Shown: one piece after another, positions 30,802 to 39,623 of the stretch
Layout: each line of letters starts with the position of its first letter
Numbering within the stretch: position 1 is the stretch's first letter
Translations under genes and position numbers: made by a program
The notes under the pieces: generated by a model
The model's database searches: none
What the model saw: only the letters and a program-made list of their open reading frames with translations
Told to the model about the DNA's origin: nothing
DNA from: Thermodesulfobacteriota bacterium
GTDB lineage: Bacteria; Desulfobacterota; BSN033; WVXP01; G020346125
NCBI GenBank assembly: GCA_041862515.1
Contig: JBGVTJ010000194.1
Location: 1-59,606 of the forward strand
Direction: 5' to 3'
Length of the DNA stretch: 59,606 nucleotides

Positions 30802-31639
30802 GGTGGATCCCCCCTCTTCTATTGTCACCTTACGCGGCACCCCTTGAGCATTCATTGTTTTCCTCTCTCGCTTCGCAGTTGAAACTTTTCGACAACCTCA
30901 CTAATGGAGATAAATAGTATTTGCTTCTGGTAACTCCTTTTCATAATTCGTCCCACAGGGTAGCTGATTTCTTGACATCAATGAAAAGCCGAGTCACCCA
31001 TTCACTTCGACAACCCGGCTTTCTTTAAAATTTCTCGATTATTTCGCTGATGCGATCCCGCTTATATACCAGCCAGCTTGGATACAAGCCACTCGCAGAG
31101 TCCAATAGAAACGCAAAGACCCGCGGCTTTCCGTCCTATCCTCTCGGAGAGTTTGGCTTTTCGGTTTAACTTCAAAGTACCCAAGTTGCGGGAGCCACAG
31201 CCCGCATTACGCAGGATGGCACACCGGGCGGTATAAATTTAGTAACTAAGGGACAAATCCCATCAATCTCCGGCTCTATTTTCTGACGGCTCCCGCTTCT
31301 TATAACTCCCTTGGTATCATATACGAACAAAAAATGAAAACCTTGTTTTAGATGATTACCGGATATTACGATCATGCGCACCATTTCCCTTTTTCGCTCA
31401 ATATGTTCAAATGCTTATAATTCCGTGCTTTTGCGATAAATTCCCTAACTACAAAATCTCGCTCAATCTAAGATTAGCTTTAAATTTCTCTCATTTTCTC
31501 ACATTTTTAAAAGATGTTTAGATTTAAAGGTGGGATGAAGTTGACCAGGAGGGGGTTGGGGGAACACGGAAACAAAGATTGATAAGACGAATAGGATACA
31601 AATTTGCCGTAAGATGGCTCTCTTTTGAAAATTAGACAA

Positions 31640-32059
31640 CTATTTTACCGTCACACAGGTGCAGTCAGCCAGGTGGCAGACTTTATGCGAAACGCTCCCG
31701 AGTATGAGCATTTCCGCCTTTCCCGCTCCATGAGTTCCCATAACAATCATATCTGCGCTATTTTTTCCGGCAAAATATGATCTCTCAGGCCGGATTTCCG
31801 TGAAGTATTGTCGTCCGATAACTCTCTACGCCTTTCTTCTTAATCTCCCTTTCGGCCTCCTCAATGATTTCCTTGGCAACCTTTTGCTGGCTATCTTCTA
31901 TTTTTGGACATCGTATCCCTCGAGCATACTGGGTAGTGGAAAGAACACATGGATGAGATAAACCATACCTTTGTACTTCGAGGCAATATCGGAAGCAAAC
32001 TCAATGGCCCTTTTACCATGGTCTGAACCATCCGTGGCAACAGGGATTTTTTTAAACAT
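31640..32059 (-). pseudogene. universal stress protein (UspA family) disrupted by two homopolymer frameshifts and one in-frame TGA
   Basis: Three reading segments are seen. First, MFKKIPVATDGSDHGKRAIEFASDIASKYKGMVYLIHV.. Second, after a frameshift in the run at 31901-31905, ..EDSQQKVAKEIIEEAEREIKKKGVESYRTTILHGNPA-TGA(31787-31785)-EIIF. Third, after a frameshift in the run at 31772-31775, ..AGKNSADMIVMGTHGAGKAEMLILGSVSHKVCHLADCTCVTVK. Confidence 0.8.
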
Positions 32060-32652
32060 GGATTATCTTCCTTTTCCAAAATTCTTGCCGCTTATGGTGG
32101 TAAACCTCACAGCAAGCCTGAAGCAGGGTTTCCAGCCAATTGAAACAAACCCTCAAGTTAAGTCAAGGAGATTGTGAGGTTGTGAGATTTTGATTGTTTT
32201 TTTGATTCAGGTGGTAGAATGAGAAAGATGGAGGGGTAAGGAGCGAAACCTCCTCAAGTATCTCTCCTGAATACCGTTTAGAAGCCGGTAGATACCTCTC
32301 ATTCATGAGCTTATGTACTCGCCTATGACGTTTTCCCTATGCTGATTTGCAGCCACCCATTTTCTAGCCATTTCAGGCCATATAGGGAAAGGTCATTTCC
32401 CCCCATCTTCCCAAGGGAATTTACCCATGTATTTATTGAAAAAGTCCAATGGCGAAGCCGTCAATTCTTGAACCATTTGCGGGTTCATGTACTTTCCGGA
32501 CCCAAATCAACAGAATACGCAGACTGTACGCCTAACTCAGTCAATGTTCGGATATTTTTTCGACCGGGAAAGGAGACATTTAAGCTCGACTTGCTAAGGG
32601 TAGTCATTTGAGATACCATGGAAACCCATTGATAAGAGGAAAGGAGGAGTGG

Positions 32653-32910
32653 ATGAGTTTGAGAAAGAGACTGAAGGAAACCAGAGAAAATTATCCCGAC
32701 GTGGATGTCTTTATCCGCCGGAACACCCTTTACATAGACGGGATCCCAGAGGAGGAATTCGCCGAAGAATCACTCAGTTCTCTTTATTTCCTGCCCAGAG
32801 ATGGGTTCGTCATCACCTATGCATTGGGAGACCCTCCTGAATTGATTCGGAAAAAGGGAATGGCGGACGTGGTCATCCCCGTCGAGGAGGAAAGACGAGA
32901 ACGGGGATAG
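32653..32910 (+). CDS. small acidic hypothetical protein upstream of the radical SAM gene
   Basis: AAGGAGG SD 5 nt before the ATG at 32653. 85 aa. No family recognised. Confidence 0.5.
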   Translation: MSLRKRLKETRENYPDVDVFIRRNTLYIDGIPEEEFAEESLSSLYFLPRDGFVITYALGDPPELIRKKGMADVVIPVEEERRERG

Positions 32911-32970
32911 GGAAATAGCATCTCGGACCTCGCCTGCCTCCTGATCCCGCCATCATGGTACCCGTGAGGA

Positions 32971-33735
32971 ATGCCGATGACGTATGATCCGGTTGCAAGA
33001 CATAAGACCATTGAAAAGAAGGTGGTCAGGGGGGACCTCCGAAAATACTATCGATTCCGAACGGATAGATGGTATGGAGGCATCGCCACTGGGGACTGTG
33101 TGGGGTGCGGTCTGCTATGTAAGTTTTGCTGGGTGAGGGATCCCATTCTCTTTGCGCCCCAAAGGGAAGGACATTTTTATCATCCCCATGAGGTCGCTCA
33201 GAAGCTTCTCTCAAAAGCTCGAAAGAAAGGGGTCAAGCAATTGAGGCTCAGCGGGGGGGAACCCACCATTGGAAAATCCCACCTCCTTCGATTACTCGAT
33301 AATCTCCGCTGGAAAGGGCATCTCTTCATCCTTGAGACGAACGGCATCTTGATTGGTGCCAACAAGAGCTATGCTCGAGATCTGTCTGCTTTCCCCTTTC
33401 TCCACATAAGGGTTTCCATTAAAGGTTGTGACCAGGATGAATTTACCTCGCTCACTAACTCCAAGGGTGAGGGATTTGAACTTCAACTGCGAGCCCTTGA
33501 GAACCTGTCCGATGCCGGTGTAAGCTGTAATCCCGCGGTTATGACGTCCTTCTCCTCCCCCAGAAAACTGGAAAGGCTGAGAAGGCGAATCTTTGCAATG
33601 ATGCCGTCTCTGATGGAGGAATTCGAAGAAGAGGAGCTGATCCTCTATCCCCATGTCTTGAAACGCTTAAACCGATTCAACCTAAGCTATCGGACAGCCT
33701 TCCAACCCGGCAGTCTACCAGCTGAAACCCAATGA
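32971..33735 (+). CDS. radical SAM protein (COG5014-like, function unknown)
   Basis: CX3CX2C cluster motif CGLLCKFCW preceded by YYRFRTDRWYGGIATGDC. SAM-binding GGEPT motif. Confidence 0.85.
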   Translation: MPMTYDPVARHKTIEKKVVRGDLRKYYRFRTDRWYGGIATGDCVGCGLLCKFCWVRDPILFAPQREGHFYHPHEVAQKLLSKARKKGVKQLRLSGGEPTIGKSHLLRLLDNLRWKGHLFILETNGILIGANKSYARDLSAFPFLHIRVSIKGCDQDEFTSLTNSKGEGFELQLRALENLSDAGVSCNPAVMTSFSSPRKLERLRRRIFAMMPSLMEEFEEEELILYPHVLKRLNRFNLSYRTAFQPGSLPAETQ

Positions 33736-33828
33736 GGAATTGGCCGCTTGCCAATCAGCACCGGAGCTTTCCCGGTTGACATGAATCCAGCCGGGGAATT
33801 TGGATGGAGAGCAACAAAGTCATTTCTT

Positions 33829-33844
33829 GCTGAAGACCTTCAGC
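33829..33844 (-). other. SECIS-like hairpin GCUGAA-GGUC-UUCAGC downstream of the DUF2892 UGA codons
   Basis: A perfect 6-bp stem with a GGUC tetraloop (as I recall, the same loop sequence as the E. coli fdhF SECIS apical loop). The loop lies 27-30 nt from the first UGA and 21-24 nt from the second. Confidence 0.4.
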
Positions 33845-33861
33845 AGAAATCCCTTTCAGGG

Positions 33862-34020
33862 TCAGTATCCGATGATAGCGGTTAGCGCCAATATACCGCC
33901 GACGACAATGGAAAGTGGCTTCCAGAATCCAGACAGAAAAAAACCGCAAAGGATGATAATAATGCCGAGGACAGCCCGGAGGATTCCCTCACCCCTACCC
34001 ACATTCTTCGCGAAAGCCAT
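33862..34020 (-). CDS. DUF2892 (YgaP-like TM domain) protein ending at a TGA that replaces the conserved Cys of the G-[WFY]-C-P motif; may extend to 33820 by UGA decoding
   Basis: AGGAGG SD 5 nt before the ATG at 34020. MAFAKNVGRGEGILRAVLG..LTAIIGY-TGA-CCC-TGA-KGFLLKVFSKK-TGA(33822-33820). Confidence 0.7.
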   Translation of the reverse strand: MAFAKNVGRGEGILRAVLGIIIILCGFFLSGFWKPLSIVVGGILALTAIIGY

Positions 34021-34043
34021 ATATCCCTCCTGACCAATCCAAG

Positions 34044-34880
34044 CTATGGGATAGTTTTCTGAGTCAGGATATTGAGCGTCGTCCACATTTCCTCAGAGGT
34101 TTTACAGGCCAGCAGTTTTTTGCGCGCGCTGTCTTCCCGAAATGCCCCAATCAAACCCGAAAGAAGTTGCAGGTAGAATACGCTGGCCGCCGACGGAATA
34201 ACGATGAAGAAGATAATGCGGGTTAACCTGGCCTTAGAACGATCAAACCTCAATCCTTCCTTCTTCAATCCCAGGGAAAAGGTTAATCCCCCGCCTTCTA
34301 CGCCACGAACGTGGGGAAATGCGAGGCCATGCTCCAAGGCGGTTGATATTATTGATTCTCGCCGAAGAGCGGCCCCTAACAAGTTCTCTGGATTTTCTAC
34401 GAATTCCTTGGCGGCCATCAATTGGATCAACCCGGAAATGGCATCATCCCGGTCTTCTGCCTCAATTCGGGGAAGCATCAGTTCTTTGGATGAGAATCGT
34501 GCAACGCCGACTTTTGGCCTTCCCGTCTTACCGAAATGTCTTCTCAGTTGTCGAGGTGCTCCCTCAAGGTGATACAGGACTCTTCGGCAACTTGGGCATT
34601 GTTGAATCCCCTTGCCGGTTTGAATTTCCGCCGCCAACGAAGTCGGCAAGGAGATACCGCAACCGGAACAGGTTCCATGAGCCTCGGGGACAACTGCTGC
34701 TTGATGACGCTTCTGCAATCCTCGATACAGGGCTGCGATTTCCTGGGGAAGGTTTTCCATCAATGCCGTAACGGAGCTTTCGAGATCCGTCAAACGGAAT
34801 TTGGGGACCAATGTACGCTGTTCTGCAAGGACGAAATTGAGTTCCTGCAACTGAATCAATTGATTCAAAATGCGATCCAT
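34044..34880 (-). CDS. fusion protein: coiled-coil/C4 zinc-ribbon (DUF164-type) N-terminus plus a PTS EIIA type-2 (PtsN-like) domain
   Basis: CSGCG..CPSCRRVLY zinc ribbon. The C-terminal EIIA_2 region has the GLAFPH active-site-like motif. Confidence 0.75.
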   Translation of the reverse strand: MDRILNQLIQLQELNFVLAEQRTLVPKFRLTDLESSVTALMENLPQEIAALYRGLQKRHQAAVVPEAHGTCSGCGISLPTSLAAEIQTGKGIQQCPSCRRVLYHLEGAPRQLRRHFGKTGRPKVGVARFSSKELMLPRIEAEDRDDAISGLIQLMAAKEFVENPENLLGAALRRESIISTALEHGLAFPHVRGVEGGGLTFSLGLKKEGLRFDRSKARLTRIIFFIVIPSAASVFYLQLLSGLIGAFREDSARKKLLACKTSEEMWTTLNILTQKTIP

Positions 34881-35233
34881 AAGGGCACTATATCCAATTT
34901 CCTACGATCATGAATATGATTTCTTAAGGACCAAAACCGCCTGGAAATCCAAACCTCCAGGATAAATCCCTTTCAACACTGATCTCCGTGCCCGCCTCCC
35001 CCTTGCCATATTCCTCCATTGCCAGAAGAAAGTCAAGCTTTTTCGAATCATATTGGGTGCTTATTCTCGGGTACTCATCCTGGAATGGCTCTGCACTGAA
35101 AAGCCGCTTGAGAAGGGAATGCAGGACATCTCCAGATAGGTGATTACTCCAGTAGCGGTTGGTAGAAGCCAGTTTTTAGAAGGATCCAAAGGCCTTTCCC
35201 GGAAACGCGAGGGAAATCGACCTGAGCCGGAGG

Positions 35234-35947
35234 TTAACTCAGTCCAATCTGGGTATCAAAATATCTATTGAGGGCCCGAAGATATACCTGTCTGGAAACT
35301 ATTTTTCGAGCCGCCTCCTGGCGCGTCTTCTCCGAAACGATACCATTTTCCACCAACTCCTTTCCGGCTTTTTCAATGGCCTCCATGACACTCCTAATGG
35401 CATCGATGCCCACTTTCTTCATATCCAAGCAATAAACCGCGGGGCGAAGGATCTCTCCCACATACTCCATTTTGAAGTTTTTTGCTACCCGCTTGACATG
35501 AAGGATCAGCGGGTCGAAGTTGTCCATCTCGTGGAAGGCGCATACGCTGACAAGAAAAATCCTCCCGCAGAACTTTTCCATCACCACATGGCGGAAGTGC
35601 CTATCACGAATCTCATAATGGGGATCCAACAAGGGAAGGAGGCGGTCAAGGAAATGCTTACACTGACCTGTCATCCCGTCCACATAAACCGGGGTCGCCA
35701 AGATCATGAGATCCGTCCTTTTGAGCTTCTCAATCAGTTCCGCCATATCATCTTTTTGAGCACATGTGCCCGGAGTCTTAATCCAACAGGTAAAACATCC
35801 GGCACATTCGCTGATCCTCTTCTCTTGGAGAAATACAACCTCCGTAATAGCCCCCGCTTTTCCGGCACCCTTCAAGAGTCTCTCCAATAGGAGATAGGTC
35901 TTTCCCCTTTTCATACTCGGGCTACCGTGAATAGCAAGGATATGCAT
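35234..35947 (-). CDS. flavodoxin-like / NADPH-dependent FMN reductase family protein (iron-sulfur flavoprotein-like)
   Basis: MHILAIHGSPSMKRGKT.. is a typical FMN_red N-terminus, followed by a Cys cluster ECAGCFTCW..PGTC. The start is ambiguous (TTG 35986, ATG 35959, ATG 35947 with a GGAG SD). Confidence 0.8.
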   Translation of the reverse strand: MHILAIHGSPSMKRGKTYLLLERLLKGAGKAGAITEVVFLQEKRISECAGCFTCWIKTPGTCAQKDDMAELIEKLKRTDLMILATPVYVDGMTGQCKHFLDRLLPLLDPHYEIRDRHFRHVVMEKFCGRIFLVSVCAFHEMDNFDPLILHVKRVAKNFKMEYVGEILRPAVYCLDMKKVGIDAIRSVMEAIEKAGKELVENGIVSEKTRQEAARKIVSRQVYLRALNRYFDTQIGLS

Positions 35948-36194
35948 CGGCTTCTCCATAACAGCAATATTTTTTTGGAAAACCAACCTTATGTTCGAAA
36001 ATCATCACAGAAAAAACCCTCAAGGCTCGGTAAGCCGCAAATTCGAAGAGTTAATCCTGAGGGCACTGACGTTCATAGAGAGCCGTCCTGGGAATATTGA
36101 GGAAGGAACCTTCCTCAAAGACGGAGATACTCCGCGTTTCCTTCTGTCCATTTTTTCACAATCCGATGGAAAAAAAATCTGAGGGCCAGCTGTC

Positions 36195-36614
36195 TTATTT
36201 CTTAAATTCATCCCACGGATAGTCGATAAGTTCTAAGAGTACCCCGTTGACATCTTTGGGATGAATAAACGCGAATTCGCAATTCCTGAACGGCCTTGCG
36301 CCGCCTATGAAAGTGTAACCGTTAGCCTTCAAATCTTCTATAGCCTCTCGGGTATTATCCACATTCAACCCGATGAGCATAATGCCCTCTCCCCTCTTTT
36401 CGATAAACTTTCCAACCTCACCATCAGGGCTTGTGGATTCCATCAACTCGAATCCTACATCGCCGAGCCAGTACCTCGCTACCCTGATTTTTTCGAGCTC
36501 ATCAACGTAGGGATCGTCGGGTTTGGATTTCCCCAGAATTGGTTCCCAGGTTTTCCTCGCTGCTTCAAGGTTCTTCACCGCAACGCAGATGTGGTCAATC
36601 TTATTCACCTTCAT
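36195..36614 (-). CDS. VOC family protein, methylmalonyl-CoA epimerase-like
   Basis: IDHICVAVKNLEAA.., FELMES.., and FIHPKDVNGVLLELI are typical of glyoxalase/MCE-fold proteins. Confidence 0.85.
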   Translation of the reverse strand: MKVNKIDHICVAVKNLEAARKTWEPILGKSKPDDPYVDELEKIRVARYWLGDVGFELMESTSPDGEVGKFIEKRGEGIMLIGLNVDNTREAIEDLKANGYTFIGGARPFRNCEFAFIHPKDVNGVLLELIDYPWDEFKK

Positions 36615-36841
36615 GGGACACCTCCTGTTTTTTTACAGCACCTCCGAGCTCCCCATTCATGATAAGCGGAATCCTTTTACACAAGCACCAACTCGAGGTG
36701 TCTCTGATTATATCGGTCGAGGAGTTCAAGTCAAGGGAAATCTGGCCTTTTAGTTCAAGAAGTCTGCGATGGGAATCACTGTTCAGCTGTGGACTGTAGA
36801 AAAAGGGCTCTGAGAAAAGGGGCCATGGTTACAACCTATAG

Positions 36842-37819
36842 TTACTGGCGGGTAGTCCAGGGCCACATGTTCTTCCTCAAAGGGAGTAGAATGGCAAGAC
36901 AGAGCGCACAGGCTGAGCCCACTACAAGGTAGCCACTCATAGTTACCATGTTGATCTGTTTCAAAAAAACAGAGACCGCCACAACCAAAACCAACAGGCC
37001 AAAAAGGGTCTTTATCCTCATCCCCGTCACATATCTGGTCGCGTAAACCCCCAATTGCACTCCGAAAAGTGAACCGGCAAGAATTATCGAAGCCGCTATC
37101 CATTCCACGCTTCCTGTAAGACCATAAACAGCAGTTCCATAACACGATACGAGAAGTACAATGATTAAAGAAGTCCCGACAGCAGTGACGGTTGGTACCC
37201 CGATCCCATAGATTAATAAAGGGAGACCTATGACACCACCCCCAATCCCCATAAAGCCCGAAAAAAAGCCGATAAGAATGCCGGAGGCAATGATCACCCA
37301 AATTGAAATGGAATGGATTTCGGAACGAGGGAGCGAAATCTTTGGAGGAATCCTTATCCGATGAACAGAGCCTGTCGGGACAGACCTTCTCTCCTTCGTT
37401 TTCGTCATTTCACCTTGTTGCTCACCTTGCTTCATTTTCCAATAGCGATAATATTCCTTCAGCATCAAAATGGAGATCAAAACGAGGAGCACGATATAGA
37501 CCACCCTCACATATGTTCCTGCAAGGCTCAGCTTCTCTAGATATAATACAAGTCTCTTTCCTAGCTCCACTCCTCCGCTGCTGAATAGCCCCACGGCGAT
37601 CCCCAATCTGAGATCCACGTTACCAAGTTTCTGGTGTCCCATGGCAGCGAAAAAGGTGTTGCCCACAAGGGTAAAAAACCCCGTCCCGATGGCATGGACC
37701 ATTGGAAAACCCAAAATATTCAGGGTAGGCGTCAGCAAGAAGCCGCCACCTACCCCAAAAAAACCTGTCAAGACTCCAAGGATTAAGCCCAAAAGAACCA
37801 ATACAAACGGATTAATCAT
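36842..37819 (-). CDS. TauE/SafE family sulfite/anion exporter (DUF81)
   Basis: Two internal repeats, each with G(F)FG(V/I)GGG motifs. About 8 TM helices. Confidence 0.88.
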   Translation of the reverse strand: MINPFVLVLLGLILGVLTGFFGVGGGFLLTPTLNILGFPMVHAIGTGFFTLVGNTFFAAMGHQKLGNVDLRLGIAVGLFSSGGVELGKRLVLYLEKLSLAGTYVRVVYIVLLVLISILMLKEYYRYWKMKQGEQQGEMTKTKERRSVPTGSVHRIRIPPKISLPRSEIHSISIWVIIASGILIGFFSGFMGIGGGVIGLPLLIYGIGVPTVTAVGTSLIIVLLVSCYGTAVYGLTGSVEWIAASIILAGSLFGVQLGVYATRYVTGMRIKTLFGLLVLVVAVSVFLKQINMVTMSGYLVVGSACALCLAILLPLRKNMWPWTTRQ

Positions 37820-38263
37820 AATTAGCCACAGTCCCGTCTACTCCCAATGCCAGGCGCACGTCGTGCCAGGCTTCTGTTATGCCTGGCTGGACGAGTACGT
37901 CCCTGATGGGAGTTAGCTGTAAGAATTACCGTGCGTTTCTTTCCCGTATCAAACTCGTGAGATTTTTGGCAACTTTGCTATTCTACAGAATTATTATACC
38001 CCCCCGCAAGCCGGGTATGACTCATCAGAGCCGGATGGCACGCATCTGGATGTAGCAGGTTCGGCGCCTTTTAGCAGGCCCACGGGCTATACCGAATAGG
38101 GGACTTGAATAGTAATTTTGGTTTCTCGCATGTCAAGAGGTTGACCACACTCGTCATGCATTACCTCAATATCCTTCAAAGAGACCCCCGGCCGATGATG
38201 CAGGATCTAGCTCGGGAGATCAAAGGCTCATGTGCACGGGGGTGACCCAATGCCTTCCCCCGA

Positions 38264-39499
38264 TTGACAACGAATGCCTTCACGGATATATTGGAAAAAT
38301 CGATTCGTCAGAGGGCCCAGCTCTTGGATTTCGTCTCGAAATTTTTGGTGCAGGTATTTCTCGGGAAGCCCATGGAACCACTCACCATGGATGTTAGGGC
38401 CCGGTATGGCATTTTTCAGGGCGCCGTGAGTATCATCGGGAATACTGCTCTGGCTCTTTTGAAATTACTTTTCGGGTGGATGACTAACAGCATCGCCTTG
38501 ATGGCGGACGCTTTTCATACAGGATCCGACGTCCTCACGTCAGCGGTTGTGGTGATCGGATTTTGGACGGCAAAAAAACCGGGCGATGTGGAGCACCCGT
38601 ATGGCCACGGCAGGATCGAGCCCATTGCGACTTTGATCATATCCCTTCTCCTCATCTGGGTAGGGATTGAGTTCGCCCATGCGTCATACGATCGACTCAG
38701 TGAGCCCCATATCGTCAAATGGAGCGTCGTGGCCTTCGGCCTGATGATATTTTCTGCAGTGGCAAAGGAATGGATGGCGCGACTCGCCCTGGCCATTGGC
38801 AAACTGGTCCAATCCGACATGCTGAAGGGCGATGCATGGCATCACAGAAGCGATGCGATTGCATCAGCTCTGGTGGCCTTTTCCATGATTACCACCTATT
38901 TTGGCTACAAGAGAATCGATTCATTTTTCGGGATTGGTGTCGCCGTTCTCATTATTTACACCGGATTTGACCTGCTCCGTTCCATGATTAGTGTTCTGGT
39001 GGGAAAAGCGCCGAGCCAGGATCTGATCAATCGCATTGTCAGGGCAGCCATATCTGTTGATGGTGTGCAGCAAATTCATGGTATCAATGTCCACGAATAC
39101 GGCAACCACAAGGTGATTTCACTGCACATTCGTATTCCAGGCGAAATGGATACCCTTCGTTCCCATCATCTTGCCCAGTTGGTCGAAAATGCCGTCTCTG
39201 ATTCCCTCAACGCTTCAACCGTTGTCCACGTGGATCCTTCTGCGTCAACTGAGCCTATACCAGAACGCCGAATAGCGGAAGATGAGTTGACGCGTATTGT
39301 CATCCGACATCCCTCCGTCAAAAGTTTTCACGGCCTGACGGTCTCCAATATTCAGGGAATGCCCGTCATTAACCTTCACCTCGTTATCGACGGCGACTTG
39401 ACATTGGAGGCGTCTCACGATATCGGACACCGCATTGTCGATGAATTGAAGGAACGCTTTGGAGGTTGTGAGGTCAACCTCCACATAGAGCCAAAATAG
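38264..39499 (+). CDS. cation diffusion facilitator (CDF) family metal efflux transporter
   Basis: ALMADAFHTGSDVLTS and HHRSDAIAS metal-site motifs, 6 TM helices, and a cytoplasmic C-terminal domain. The start is uncertain (TTG 38264 or ATG 38372). Confidence 0.88.
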   Translation: MTTNAFTDILEKSIRQRAQLLDFVSKFLVQVFLGKPMEPLTMDVRARYGIFQGAVSIIGNTALALLKLLFGWMTNSIALMADAFHTGSDVLTSAVVVIGFWTAKKPGDVEHPYGHGRIEPIATLIISLLLIWVGIEFAHASYDRLSEPHIVKWSVVAFGLMIFSAVAKEWMARLALAIGKLVQSDMLKGDAWHHRSDAIASALVAFSMITTYFGYKRIDSFFGIGVAVLIIYTGFDLLRSMISVLVGKAPSQDLINRIVRAAISVDGVQQIHGINVHEYGNHKVISLHIRIPGEMDTLRSHHLAQLVENAVSDSLNASTVVHVDPSASTEPIPERRIAEDELTRIVIRHPSVKSFHGLTVSNIQGMPVINLHLVIDGDLTLEASHDIGHRIVDELKERFGGCEVNLHIEPK

Positions 39500-39623
39500 A
39501 AGCATACAATGAAAAAACCTCTGCAAGAGGATATTCGTACGACATTATCATTAACTGATGTTTACGGGTACATGATCGTGAAGGGTATACTACGTTAATA
39601 AACAGTGAAGGTCATTCCTCATC

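Noticed and set aside
31172-31384. A 70-aa minus-strand ORF with an ..EIDGICP.. segment reminiscent of a DGC zinc-binding domain; the adjacent frame encodes ..ARCAILRNAGCGS...
   Set aside because: The Cys spacing does not fit the DGCPxxC pattern even when frameshifts are allowed. It may be another remnant, but it cannot be supported.
32062-32598. A minus-strand frame of about 178 codons that contains six TGA codons but no TAA or TAG, suggesting a TGA-recoded gene.
   Set aside because: The translation is largely not protein-like (for example ..IKKTIKISQPHNLLDLT..), there is no SD or start, and no family was recognised. It is more likely decayed or noncoding DNA, though the absence of TAA/TAG is mildly unusual.
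37820-38263. A possible NiCo (czcD-type) riboswitch in the 440-bp leader upstream of the CDF transporter; a 7-bp hairpin GCCAGGC..GCCTGGC lies at about 37865-37888.
   Set aside because: I cannot match the conserved czcD-motif nucleotides from memory, and the hairpin lies closer to the divergent TauE gene. A covariance-model scan would be needed.
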